A stretch of 64,000 nucleotides of DNA from a virus, in IMG/VR virus record IMGVR_UViG_3300033978_000457, positions 36,126 to 100,125 of that record. One strand, written 5' to 3'. Numbering within the stretch: position 1 is the first letter of the stretch; every line of letters begins with the position of its first letter. Below, piece by piece: positions 56,784 through 63,301 of the stretch. The translations under genes and the position numbers were made by a program. The notes beneath the pieces are model-generated. The model had not been told where the DNA came from, did no database searches, and was given only the letters and a program-made list of their open reading frames with translations.

Positions 56784-56786
56784 TCA

Positions 56787-56861
56787 TGGAAGTCCCTGCG
56801 GGTTCCGACCCCGCTTCCCGTGAGTGAAAATCACGGATCCTAGCCACTAGACGAAGGGACC
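56787..56861 (-). tRNA. tRNA-Glu(UUC)
   Basis: TTTTCAC loop, T-loop GTCGGAA, CCA. Confidence 0.88.
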
Positions 56862-56881
56862 ATCTCTGATCTTGTATACGT

Positions 56882-56922
56882 AGTATAGCTCCGATTGAGC
56901 TCGTAGTCAAGAACTATTTTTT
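56882..56922 (-). promoter_or_regulatory. sigma70-type promoter of the tRNA/ncRNA operon
   Basis: AAAATAGTTCTTGACT-N17-TATACT. Confidence 0.85.
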
Positions 56923-56935
56923 AAATCTTAGAAGG

Positions 56936-57010
56936 TGGCACGAGGGGAGAGAATCGAACTCTCATCTACGGTTTTGGAGACCGTCATTCTAGCCGTTGAA
57001 CTACACTCGC
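56936..57010 (-). tRNA. tRNA-Trp(CCA)
   Basis: CTCCAAA loop, CCA. Confidence 0.92.
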
Positions 57011-57027
57011 GCACAGCCCTCTAAACT

Positions 57028-57198
57028 TTACTCAGCAACTCGTGTAGGCTCATCAACAGGTGGAGTTACAGGAAGAGGCTGAGGCTCAGAACCTGGACCT
57101 GCATCAGCAGGAGGAGGAATTACGTCTGGCTTGGGCTCGCTATTGGAGCAAGCAGTAGCCATAAGAGCAAGAGCGATAGTTGCAGTAATAAGTTTCAT
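57028..57198 (-). CDS. small Pro-rich lipoprotein
   Basis: MKLITATIALALMATAC lipobox. Confidence 0.7.
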   Translation of the reverse strand: MKLITATIALALMATACSNSEPKPDVIPPPADAGPGSEPQPLPVTPPVDEPTRVAE

Positions 57199-57225
57199 TT
57201 TAGTCCTTTCAGTTACAATTAAAGA

Positions 57226-57308
57226 TGGTGTCCACGGAGAGACTCGAACTCTCACGATTACTCGCTGGATTCTAAGTCCAGTGCGTCTACCAATTCCGCC
57301 ACGAGGAC
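57226..57308 (-). tRNA. tRNA-Leu(UAG)
   Basis: CTTAGAA loop, V-arm, CCA. Confidence 0.93.
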
Positions 57309-57314
57309 ATTGTA

Positions 57315-57397
57315 TGGTGGGCAGCTGTGGTTACGATCCACTCCCCAAAGGACGGGTTTTACAGACCCGATGCTGAAACCATCAGCTTTAGCTACCC
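57315..57397 (-). tRNA. tRNA-Tyr(GUA)
   Basis: CTGTAAA loop, V-arm, T-loop ATCGTAA, CCA. Confidence 0.85.
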
Positions 57398-57619
57398 AAA
57401 GTATTTCTCTACGGACCATTGACCAAGCTCGGTGTACCCACCAATAACTACACCATCAACCACTACGCATGGGACGGTAGGCCAAATCTGTTTGTATTCT
57501 TCACTAGTAATATCTTCACCAACCCTAACCTGGATGTAATTAATTGCTAGCATATTAAGTAAATTGCGTGCTTTTACACAATAAGGGCAATCTTCTTTAG
57601 TATATAGAACAATTTGCAT
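57392..57619 (-). CDS. glutaredoxin
   Basis: CPYC, TVP, IGGY. Confidence 0.92.
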   Translation of the reverse strand: MQIVLYTKEDCPYCVKARNLLNMLAINYIQVRVGEDITSEEYKQIWPTVPCVVVDGVVIGGYTELGQWSVEKYFG

Positions 57620-57634
57620 TAGGTTTCCTTATGT

Positions 57635-57708
57635 TGGAGCGGACTACGAGATTCGAACTCGTTTCGACGGGTTGGAAACCCGAGGCACAACCCATATACC
57701 AAATCCGC
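57635..57708 (-). tRNA. tRNA-Gly(UCC)
   Basis: TTTCCAA loop, U73, CCA. Confidence 0.92.
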
Positions 57709-57714
57709 TAAAAA

Positions 57715-57792
57715 TGGCTGGTAGCATTGGACTCGAACCAATCTCATTCCCGGTTAACAGCCGGGCACCCTCACCTGGAGAGCTAGCTACCA
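57715..57792 (-). tRNA. tRNA-Asn(GUU)
   Basis: CTGTTAA loop, CCA. Confidence 0.9.
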
Positions 57793-57972
57793 AGAAGAAT
57801 AGTCCGTAATATCTACTTTAACGAGAATAAACGGATCGTCTATAAATCTAAACATAGCATCTACGGCAATCCCTATGCCAGTTTGATGCTCAATAAGACC
57901 AGCAAAATAAATGTCATCCGAAGTGGCAAGTATAGTATCAATATGCCCATGCTCTACTTCGTTAAGCGTCAT
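57787..57972 (-). CDS. hypothetical protein
   Basis: ORF with SD; stop codon inside tRNA-Asn. Confidence 0.5.
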   Translation of the reverse strand: MTLNEVEHGHIDTILATSDDIYFAGLIEHQTGIGIAVDAMFRFIDDPFILVKVDITDYSSW

Positions 57973-57988
57973 TTTAAATTCCTATGAT

Positions 57989-58064
57989 TGGCTGGGGCTG
58001 ATGGACTCGAACCACCGCATGGTAGAATCAAAGTCTACTGCCTTACCAGCTTGGCTAAGCCCCA
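57989..58064 (-). tRNA. tRNA-Gln(UUG)
   Basis: CTTTGAT loop, CCA. Confidence 0.95.
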
Positions 58065-58069
58065 GCAAA

Positions 58070-58145
58070 TGGTGGACCCTATCGGACTCGAACCGATCAC
58101 CTCCTGCGTGCAAAGCAGGCGCTCTCCCAGATGAGCTAAGGGCCC
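58070..58145 (-). tRNA. tRNA-Ala(UGC)
   Basis: G3-U70, TTTGCAC loop, CCA. Confidence 0.96.
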
Positions 58146-58322
58146 TTATTTAATCCTAATCTTCTGCACCCTAGTTTTAGGAGCTGCATCTTCCATTCTA
58201 TGCTTATGGTCTAGCCAACCAGCAGCCCACTCTGTAGCTTTCCAACTACCTCTATCGTAGGGATTCCGCTCTATGGGTACACCTTCGATGCGGGCCATTC
58301 TTCCTAGGCTGTATTCTTCCAT
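58146..58322 (-). CDS. Rmf/CrpP-like small protein
   Basis: Manual ORF: LGRMARIEG...NPY......W..GW. Confidence 0.55.
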   Translation of the reverse strand: MEEYSLGRMARIEGVPIERNPYDRGSWKATEWAAGWLDHKHRMEDAAPKTRVQKIRIK

Positions 58323-58335
58323 AAGTCACCTATAA

Positions 58336-58421
58336 TGGCGGAAAGCTGAGGTCTCGATCCCCAAACCTTTCGGTTCGCTTCCTTTAGCAAAGGAGCACAG
58401 ACCCTGTCTGCTTAACTTTCC
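58336..58421 (-). tRNA. tRNA-Ser(GCU)
   Basis: TTGCTAA loop, V-arm, CCA. Confidence 0.88.
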
Positions 58422-58627
58422 GTATTTTCTGCTCCGAAGAGATTAGTCCACTCTTCAGGTGTCACACCTGTCATAAGGAATTCCCGCTCACCTGCTGTCA
58501 GGTTCGGGAATGCATCTTGAATGAGAGGTCCGAAACCGCTTGCCCAAGTGGCGTAGGCTTCGGGGTCAATGTTCAGTTCCATGGTGTTAGCCGCGCCAGT
58601 AAAGGCAGAGATACGACCGATCTTCAT
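58412..58627 (-). CDS. conserved phage hypothetical protein
   Basis: LIQDAFPNLT..EREFLMTG.TPEEW. Confidence 0.7.
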   Translation of the reverse strand: MKIGRISAFTGAANTMELNIDPEAYATWASGFGPLIQDAFPNLTAGEREFLMTGVTPEEWTNLFGAENTES

Positions 58628-58676
58628 TTAGTTCTCCATCATTGAACAAACAGTATAACCCGCATTGAGCGGGTTG

Positions 58677-58895
58677 TCAAGAACTTTTTTTTAAGCTGTC
58701 TTCGTATTTTTTTGCCTTTTTAAAAGCTTCTCTAAATGCACGTTTAGGATTGTTTGCTATAGCAACGCATAGCACTGGCTCAAAAGCTAGCACATCCTTT
58801 GCTAAAATGACTTCCCACAGGTCTAGTCCTTGAGATATAGTCATTCGCCAATCTTCACCAAGTTTACGAAGGTCTTGCTCTTGCTCTACTAGCAT
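58677..58895 (-). CDS. hypothetical protein
   Basis: ORF with SD. Confidence 0.5.
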   Translation of the reverse strand: MLVEQEQDLRKLGEDWRMTISQGLDLWEVILAKDVLAFEPVLCVAIANNPKRAFREAFKKAKKYEDSLKKSS

Positions 58896-58905
58896 CTTTA
58901 ACTCC

Positions 58906-58983
58906 TGGAGGAAAGGGTGGGATTCAAACCCACGGTTTTAAGGATTTGCAGTCCCTTGCGTTGGGTCACTCCGCCACCTTCCC
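58906..58983 (-). tRNA. tRNA-Cys(GCA)
   Basis: CTGCAAA loop, U73, CCA. Confidence 0.9.
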
Positions 58984-59074
58984 GAAAATATCAACTAGGT
59001 CCACTCAGGGGTTACAGCCCCTCGCTTCGCCCCCTGTAAGGAACCGCGCTGCGATATCCTGCGCGCCTATTCTT

Positions 59075-59150
59075 TGGAGAACCAGGTGAGACTCGAACTC
59101 ACGTAAAGGAGATTAAGAGCCTCCCGCTAAACCACCTCAGCTACTGGTTC
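59075..59150 (-). tRNA. tRNA-Lys(CUU)
   Basis: CTCTTAA loop, CCA. Confidence 0.9.
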
Positions 59151-59318
59151 AATAGTGTAATATACTTCGCCTAGCGAGTCATCTTCAGCGTCTACCCTTA
59201 GATATTCTGCTACTAGCTCGACAGCTTCTTCTATAGAAGGTATCTCTATAGCAAAAGCTCTATGATCATCAGTATAACCGTACTCGTCTAGAGTATGGGT
59301 CAATATTCGGTATTTCAT
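59127..59318 (-). CDS. small acidic hypothetical protein
   Basis: ORF with SD; probable paralogue of 60102-60251. Confidence 0.55.
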   Translation of the reverse strand: MKYRILTHTLDEYGYTDDHRAFAIEIPSIEEAVELVAEYLRVDAEDDSLGEVYYTIEPVAEVV

Positions 59319-59333
59319 AGTTACCTCTAAAAT

Positions 59334-59408
59334 TGGAGAACCAGGAGAATTTCGAAATCTCAACCTGCGGATTAAAAGCCCGACGCTCTGCCTTTGAGCT
59401 ACTGGTTC
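59334..59408 (-). tRNA. tRNA-Lys(UUU)
   Basis: CTTTTAA loop, CCA. Confidence 0.9.
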
Positions 59409-59414
59409 ATTATT

Positions 59415-59490
59415 TGGTACGCGGTGAGGGATTTGAACCCCCGACCAAGCCGTTATGAGCGGCCGGCTCTAACCACTGAGCTAACCGCGT
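59415..59490 (-). tRNA. tRNA(CAU), probably Ile2
   Basis: GGCCG-CTCATAA-CGGCT arm; paired 1-72 so not an initiator. Confidence 0.85.
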
Positions 59491-59757
59491 TTAAAACATT
59501 CCGTCGTGCAGCTCTGGGTCATAAGGTTCTGCCCAGCCTTCGATGTGCTCTGTATAGCTGTCCTGATGCTCTTCGTCTTCAAACTCTTCGGGAGCATCTT
59601 CTATCGGGTAGTACCCGTATGACTCTGCATGTTGCAATGCCATGTCCCACACAACGCTATTTAAGTCTTCTTGTGTGTGGTCGTCAGGCATTTCCAGCAT
59701 TTCAGCACACTCTGTGCCCACTGTGGCAGCAAACATATGCACTACGTACTTTTTCAT
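59491..59757 (-). CDS. acidic hypothetical protein
   Basis: A.QHAESYG...YDPELHD. Confidence 0.6.
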   Translation of the reverse strand: MKKYVVHMFAATVGTECAEMLEMPDDHTQEDLNSVVWDMALQHAESYGYYPIEDAPEEFEDEEHQDSYTEHIEGWAEPYDPELHDGMF

Positions 59758-59774
59758 TGCTTTTCTCTATAAAA

Positions 59775-59849
59775 TGGTACCCGGTGACGGGATTGAACCG
59801 CCGACAATTCCCGTGTAAAGGGAGCACTCTACCGCTGAGTTAACCGGGC
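59775..59849 (-). tRNA. tRNA-Val(UAC)
   Basis: TTTACAC loop, CCA. Confidence 0.95.
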
Positions 59850-59857
59850 TTAAAATT

Positions 59858-60021
59858 TGGTCAGTGTGCCATCTAGGCGTCTCCGGCCCACGCCGGTGTT
59901 CTAAGCTTTACCCTGTTGTCTCCTGTACACCTGTGCACGGATAACAAGCCTACGCTAGGGAATCTGCAACCTACTCTGCCCGTTAACAAGGCTACCCTCA
60001 GTTCCACTAAACTAACACTGA
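59858..60021 (-). ncRNA. ~164-nt CCA-terminated tRNA-like RNA
   Basis: TCAGTGT...ACACTGA-CCA terminal stem, D-arm-like start, large insert. Confidence 0.6.
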
Positions 60022-60024
60022 TTC

Positions 60025-60098
60025 TGGTACTTCTTAAAAGAATCGAACTTTTATCTAACGCCTATCAAGCGCCTGCTCTACCATTGAGCTAAAGAAGT
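60025..60098 (-). tRNA. tRNA-Ile(GAU)
   Basis: TTGATAG loop, CCA. Confidence 0.88.
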
Positions 60099-60101
60099 AT
60101 A

Positions 60102-60251
60102 TTATTGTACTGGCTTGATCATGTAGTAGTGTTCTTCGTCCTCGAACTCATCTGCATCGAGATAAGAATCTACTAGCTCGTCGGCCTCTTCACGAGTTAC
60201 ATTACGGTCGATAACTACGCCGTCCATGTATACGTTGTATTTCTTTTCCAT
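60102..60251 (-). CDS. small acidic hypothetical protein
   Basis: Manual ORF MEKKYNVYMDG...EEADELVDSYL...YYMIKPVQ. Confidence 0.55.
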   Translation of the reverse strand: MEKKYNVYMDGVVIDRNVTREEADELVDSYLDADEFEDEEHYYMIKPVQ

Positions 60252-60265
60252 GTTTCACCTGTAAT

Positions 60266-60348
60266 TGGTATCCCCTGCCGGAATCGAACCGGCACTCCGA
60301 AGAAACAGATTTTAAGTCTGCCGCGTCTACCAGTTTCGCCAAGGGGAC
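60266..60348 (-). tRNA. tRNA-Leu(UAA)
   Basis: CTTAAAA loop, V-arm, CCA. Confidence 0.93.
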
Positions 60349-60687
60349 TTAATCTTCTTTACCGAAAGTATCTCTAGTTCTTAGCACTTCTACCATATAA
60401 AGCAAAGAGGGCTTCTGACTCTTGGTTAACCCTACCATCTGCTCATAATCTAGATATAGCATCTCACAAATCTCGTGAACAAGCTCTTCCTTAGAGACGG
60501 GTTTATCCGCATACTTTGGGGTATACGGCACCTTCTGATAAATCTTAAGACGAGAGAGCTTTCCGATAATTGATCGTGTTGACACTTCAAATTTATCGGC
60601 TAGAAAATCCACTGTCTCCTTAGTAGGAGCGAAAGTGTATTCCTCTATCATGAGAGCGATCTGCTCGTCTGTGTATTTTTTGCTCAC
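60349..60687 (-). CDS. T5 A2/D5-like HTH DNA-binding protein
   Basis: YT.EQ, LA.KF..STRSIIGKLSR..IY. Confidence 0.7.
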   Translation of the reverse strand: MSKKYTDEQIALMIEEYTFAPTKETVDFLADKFEVSTRSIIGKLSRLKIYQKVPYTPKYADKPVSKEELVHEICEMLYLDYEQMVGLTKSQKPSLLYMVEVLRTRDTFGKED

Positions 60688-60923
60688 TTAAATATCCCAA
60701 AAATTTCTTTTGTTTTGGTAACGGTCCAGATGTTATCTAACAGCTTTTCGTCATTACCACCGGCAGCTACATATTCAGCGCCTAATTTGATATATCTATC
60801 TTCCCAGTTTTCTACTAACTGCCTCACTTGGGCAGACAATTCGTTGATACGAGTTGCTTCATCTTCTAGCAATCGTAAGTGTTTCTCTAGCCCTTTATGT
60901 AGGGGGAATGCTTCTACAGTCAT
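60684..60923 (-). CDS. hypothetical protein
   Basis: ORF with SD GGAG. Confidence 0.5.
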   Translation of the reverse strand: MTVEAFPLHKGLEKHLRLLEDEATRINELSAQVRQLVENWEDRYIKLGAEYVAAGGNDEKLLDNIWTVTKTKEIFGIFK

Positions 60924-61274
60924 GAAATCTCCACATTCCTACGCGGCCCCGTCTCGCCCGTAGAATGACATTCCGTTCCGGCATGGGAGCCCGGCCAGCA
61001 CTACAAGGTCCGCAGACACAAGAGTGAACATAGCCGCCGAATGTCTTACCTAAACTTTATGAAGTGTATATAAGGTATTTAACTGCTATAACCACCATTC
61101 TCACTTCGAAGTCTATAAATGGGTTGAGCAATCTAAGCATCCCTGTGCACCAGGGTTGTTTCTCTTATATACACGTCGTAAAGTTTACAGAAACATACAG
61201 AGACAAACCAGCATTCTCATCCCGTGAGTCGATCGTACGGGCTGTGCAAGGTTTTATCACTCTGTATGCATCAA

Positions 61275-62190
61275 TAAACTTCTCTGACCAAGCTCCGACC
61301 TTCGCTTGGGCAAGTCTCTAGCAATCTAGAGCCCTATAGAGTTTTGCAAAACTCTTCCACATCATTAAGGTAGGGCCACGACTTCCTACATCACGATGGT
61401 CATTTTTAACGAAAGGATGCTTGCATCCAAAACGCCGGGGCGGTACCGGTCTAACCGCCTATGCACATAATTTGAGTACTACTTATGTGACTGAAGTAGA
61501 CGGGGGCTCTCACCCAACTGGTCCGCACTATCACGGATATCTACTTAGTGGAACGTGATGTTAATGACCTCTTACCACTATGCGTCAAGTATTAGGACTT
61601 TAAAGTGCGTGCAATACCAATGCACTGAGGAGTAGGAAAATTCCTCGTCTGATTTTGGTACAGACCCTTCCAAGAACACCGTAGCGCCTACCGCGTCTAC
61701 CGGAATAGCCCAGGCTTTCAACCTGCACTTGTCTTGCATTCCTCGTGCGCAAAACCAAACACTATCCAATGTACCCCTTTGGCAGGAGCGTATCTTAAAC
61801 TAGAGTACGCACAGTAGTGAGTTACAAGTTTCTCACTAATAGCTGTCTCGCCGCTATTGCCCCTCGTCTATATGTCGGTGGGGTGTACCGGAACTGGAGA
61901 CGAGTAATGCCTTTCGGCACTTATTTACGTCTAGTGCGTTCGATTAATCGCGTCCAATCGCTCCCGTCATGGATCAGGTGGGTTTCAGAGGTCTCTATTG
62001 ACTTACCCATATCTCAACTCTGAGGCAAGGGGTCCCTTACGAGGCTCCCGAAGACTCTGGGCTTTTAGATTTCGCCCTACCTGTGCAACTTGAGGGTGTG
62101 CACAACCGCAGTAAGTGATTAGGTTTTAGCTCACTAGGGCTTTGTTTGTAATACGAGGTCAAGCCCTGTCTACATACAAACAACCATAAA
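61275..62190 (-). ncRNA. candidate giant ornate structured ncRNA (~0.9 kb)
   Basis: No credible ORF; many hairpins with GNRA loops and pseudoknot complementarities; downstream of promoter 62310-62349. Confidence 0.7.
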
Positions 62191-62191
62191 T

Positions 62192-62263
62192 CGCGCGGTG
62201 AAGGGGTTTGATACCTTCAGCTTCCACCATATCCGGTTCGCGTCTACCTTCCGCCAACCGCGC
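62192..62263 (-). ncRNA. tRNA-like element lacking a normal anticodon arm and CCA
   Basis: GCGCGGT/ACCGCGC acceptor, Leu-type D arm, GAAGG/CCTTC T arm. Confidence 0.55.
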
Positions 62264-62309
62264 TAGATCAAATGGACAGGCTTTGCCCCCTCTTCGATCT
62301 TGAATACAC

Positions 62310-62437
62310 AGTATACACGATATGGGCCCTGCAGTCAAGAACTATTTTTCAGGCCTCGGGGAGAACTTCTTCTGGTTGTTCTCCCATCGTTTAAACAGTA
62401 TAGCTGAGCTTCAGTCCCCAGTCAAGAAGTATTTTTT
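62310..62437 (-). promoter_or_regulatory. tandem sigma70-type promoters driving the ncRNA/tRNA operon
   Basis: Two TTGACT-N17-TATACT (62310-62338 and 62397-62425). Confidence 0.85.
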
Positions 62438-62442
62438 AACTC

Positions 62443-62673
62443 TCAGACCGCGCTGCCCATTGTTATGCCGACAGCGTAGATAAGTGTAATAACTCCCTGC
62501 ACAAAGAACAGGCTCCACTTCTTCCAAATCCACCCTAGATAAAGCCACCCGAGGTTGCCTACTAGGCTAATCCAAAGGTTGAAAGGGTGAATATTAAAAC
62601 TCGTTAGAGCTACCCCGACAATCAGGGTAGCTGTAATGCCCCACTCAAGGGTAAGATCTTTGTTCAGTGTCAT
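62443..62673 (-). CDS. small 3-TM membrane protein (PnuC-like half)
   Basis: Hydrophobic, P.NLW..LVGN.GW. Confidence 0.6.
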   Translation of the reverse strand: MTLNKDLTLEWGITATLIVGVALTSFNIHPFNLWISLVGNLGWLYLGWIWKKWSLFFVQGVITLIYAVGITMGSAV

Positions 62674-62674
62674 T

Positions 62675-62881
62675 TCACATCTCGTTAAGTTCTTTGTTGT
62701 GCGCCTTACGCAGAGCAACAGCATATCTCCAGCCATCACCAAATTGTTCTTTGTCAGCCGGAACCAGATCGTCTAGGCACTCGTAGAAAGCATCTGCGTT
62801 GTCTCTACACTCAATAGCGTAGATGAAACCTTCGCGCCATGCAATTGGCTGGCCGAAGAAAATTCGATCAAGTTCTTTCAT
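62675..62881 (-). CDS. degenerate Rmf-like protein
   Basis: AWREGF.YA...F.DGW.YA. Confidence 0.45.
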   Translation of the reverse strand: MKELDRIFFGQPIAWREGFIYAIECRDNADAFYECLDDLVPADKEQFGDGWRYAVALRKAHNKELNEM

Positions 62882-63045
62882 ATTTTTTCTCCAAGGTACT
62901 TATCACGAGCCCAAGTCCAACCCTCGTACCAGCTTTCTAGATGGTACTCATTGTCGTAGGGGCAATCGTTTTCGGACACGCCGTGCTCGTAATCTTCGTA
63001 TCCCCGAACCCACTCAGGACTATGCTTTGTAAAATCTACTATCAT
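62878..63045 (-). CDS. Rmf/CrpP-like protein (55 aa)
   Basis: RGY....G.S...CPY.......W..GW..A. Confidence 0.65.
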   Translation of the reverse strand: MIVDFTKHSPEWVRGYEDYEHGVSENDCPYDNEYHLESWYEGWTWARDKYLGEKI

Positions 63046-63103
63046 AAATAACCCCCTCCAGAAAAAGACTAGTGCTTTTGAAATAGACCCTTGTAGAAAA
63101 AGA

Positions 63104-63301
63104 CTAGCCCTTTTCAAAATGGTCAGTAATTCTAGCGTCCATAACAATATCGTTGTATTCTTCGCCACGAGCATACGAGTACCCTTCGCACCACATCTCA
63201 GCATCCTTGCTGGCTGGCATATAAGGGCAATCTGCTATCGTTTTAGCACTGAAGAAAGCTTTCCAGCCTTCTTGAAATTTGTTAACAATAACTATAGTCA
63301 T
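63104..63301 (-). CDS. Rmf/CrpP-like protein
   Basis: EGWKAF......CPY.......W.EGY..A. Confidence 0.6.
   Translation of the reverse strand: MTIVIVNKFQEGWKAFFSAKTIADCPYMPASKDAEMWCEGYSYARGEEYNDIVMDARITDHFEKG

Noticed and set aside
61064-62023. ORFs 61064-61321, 61578-61769 and 61817-62023
   Set aside because: No convincing SD, non-ATG starts and implausible composition; the region is better explained as structured RNA
61275-62190. RNase P RNA, group I/II intron or retron as the identity of the giant RNA
   Set aside because: No GAGGAAAGUCC core, no interrupted host gene or domain V recognised, and no reverse transcriptase in the window
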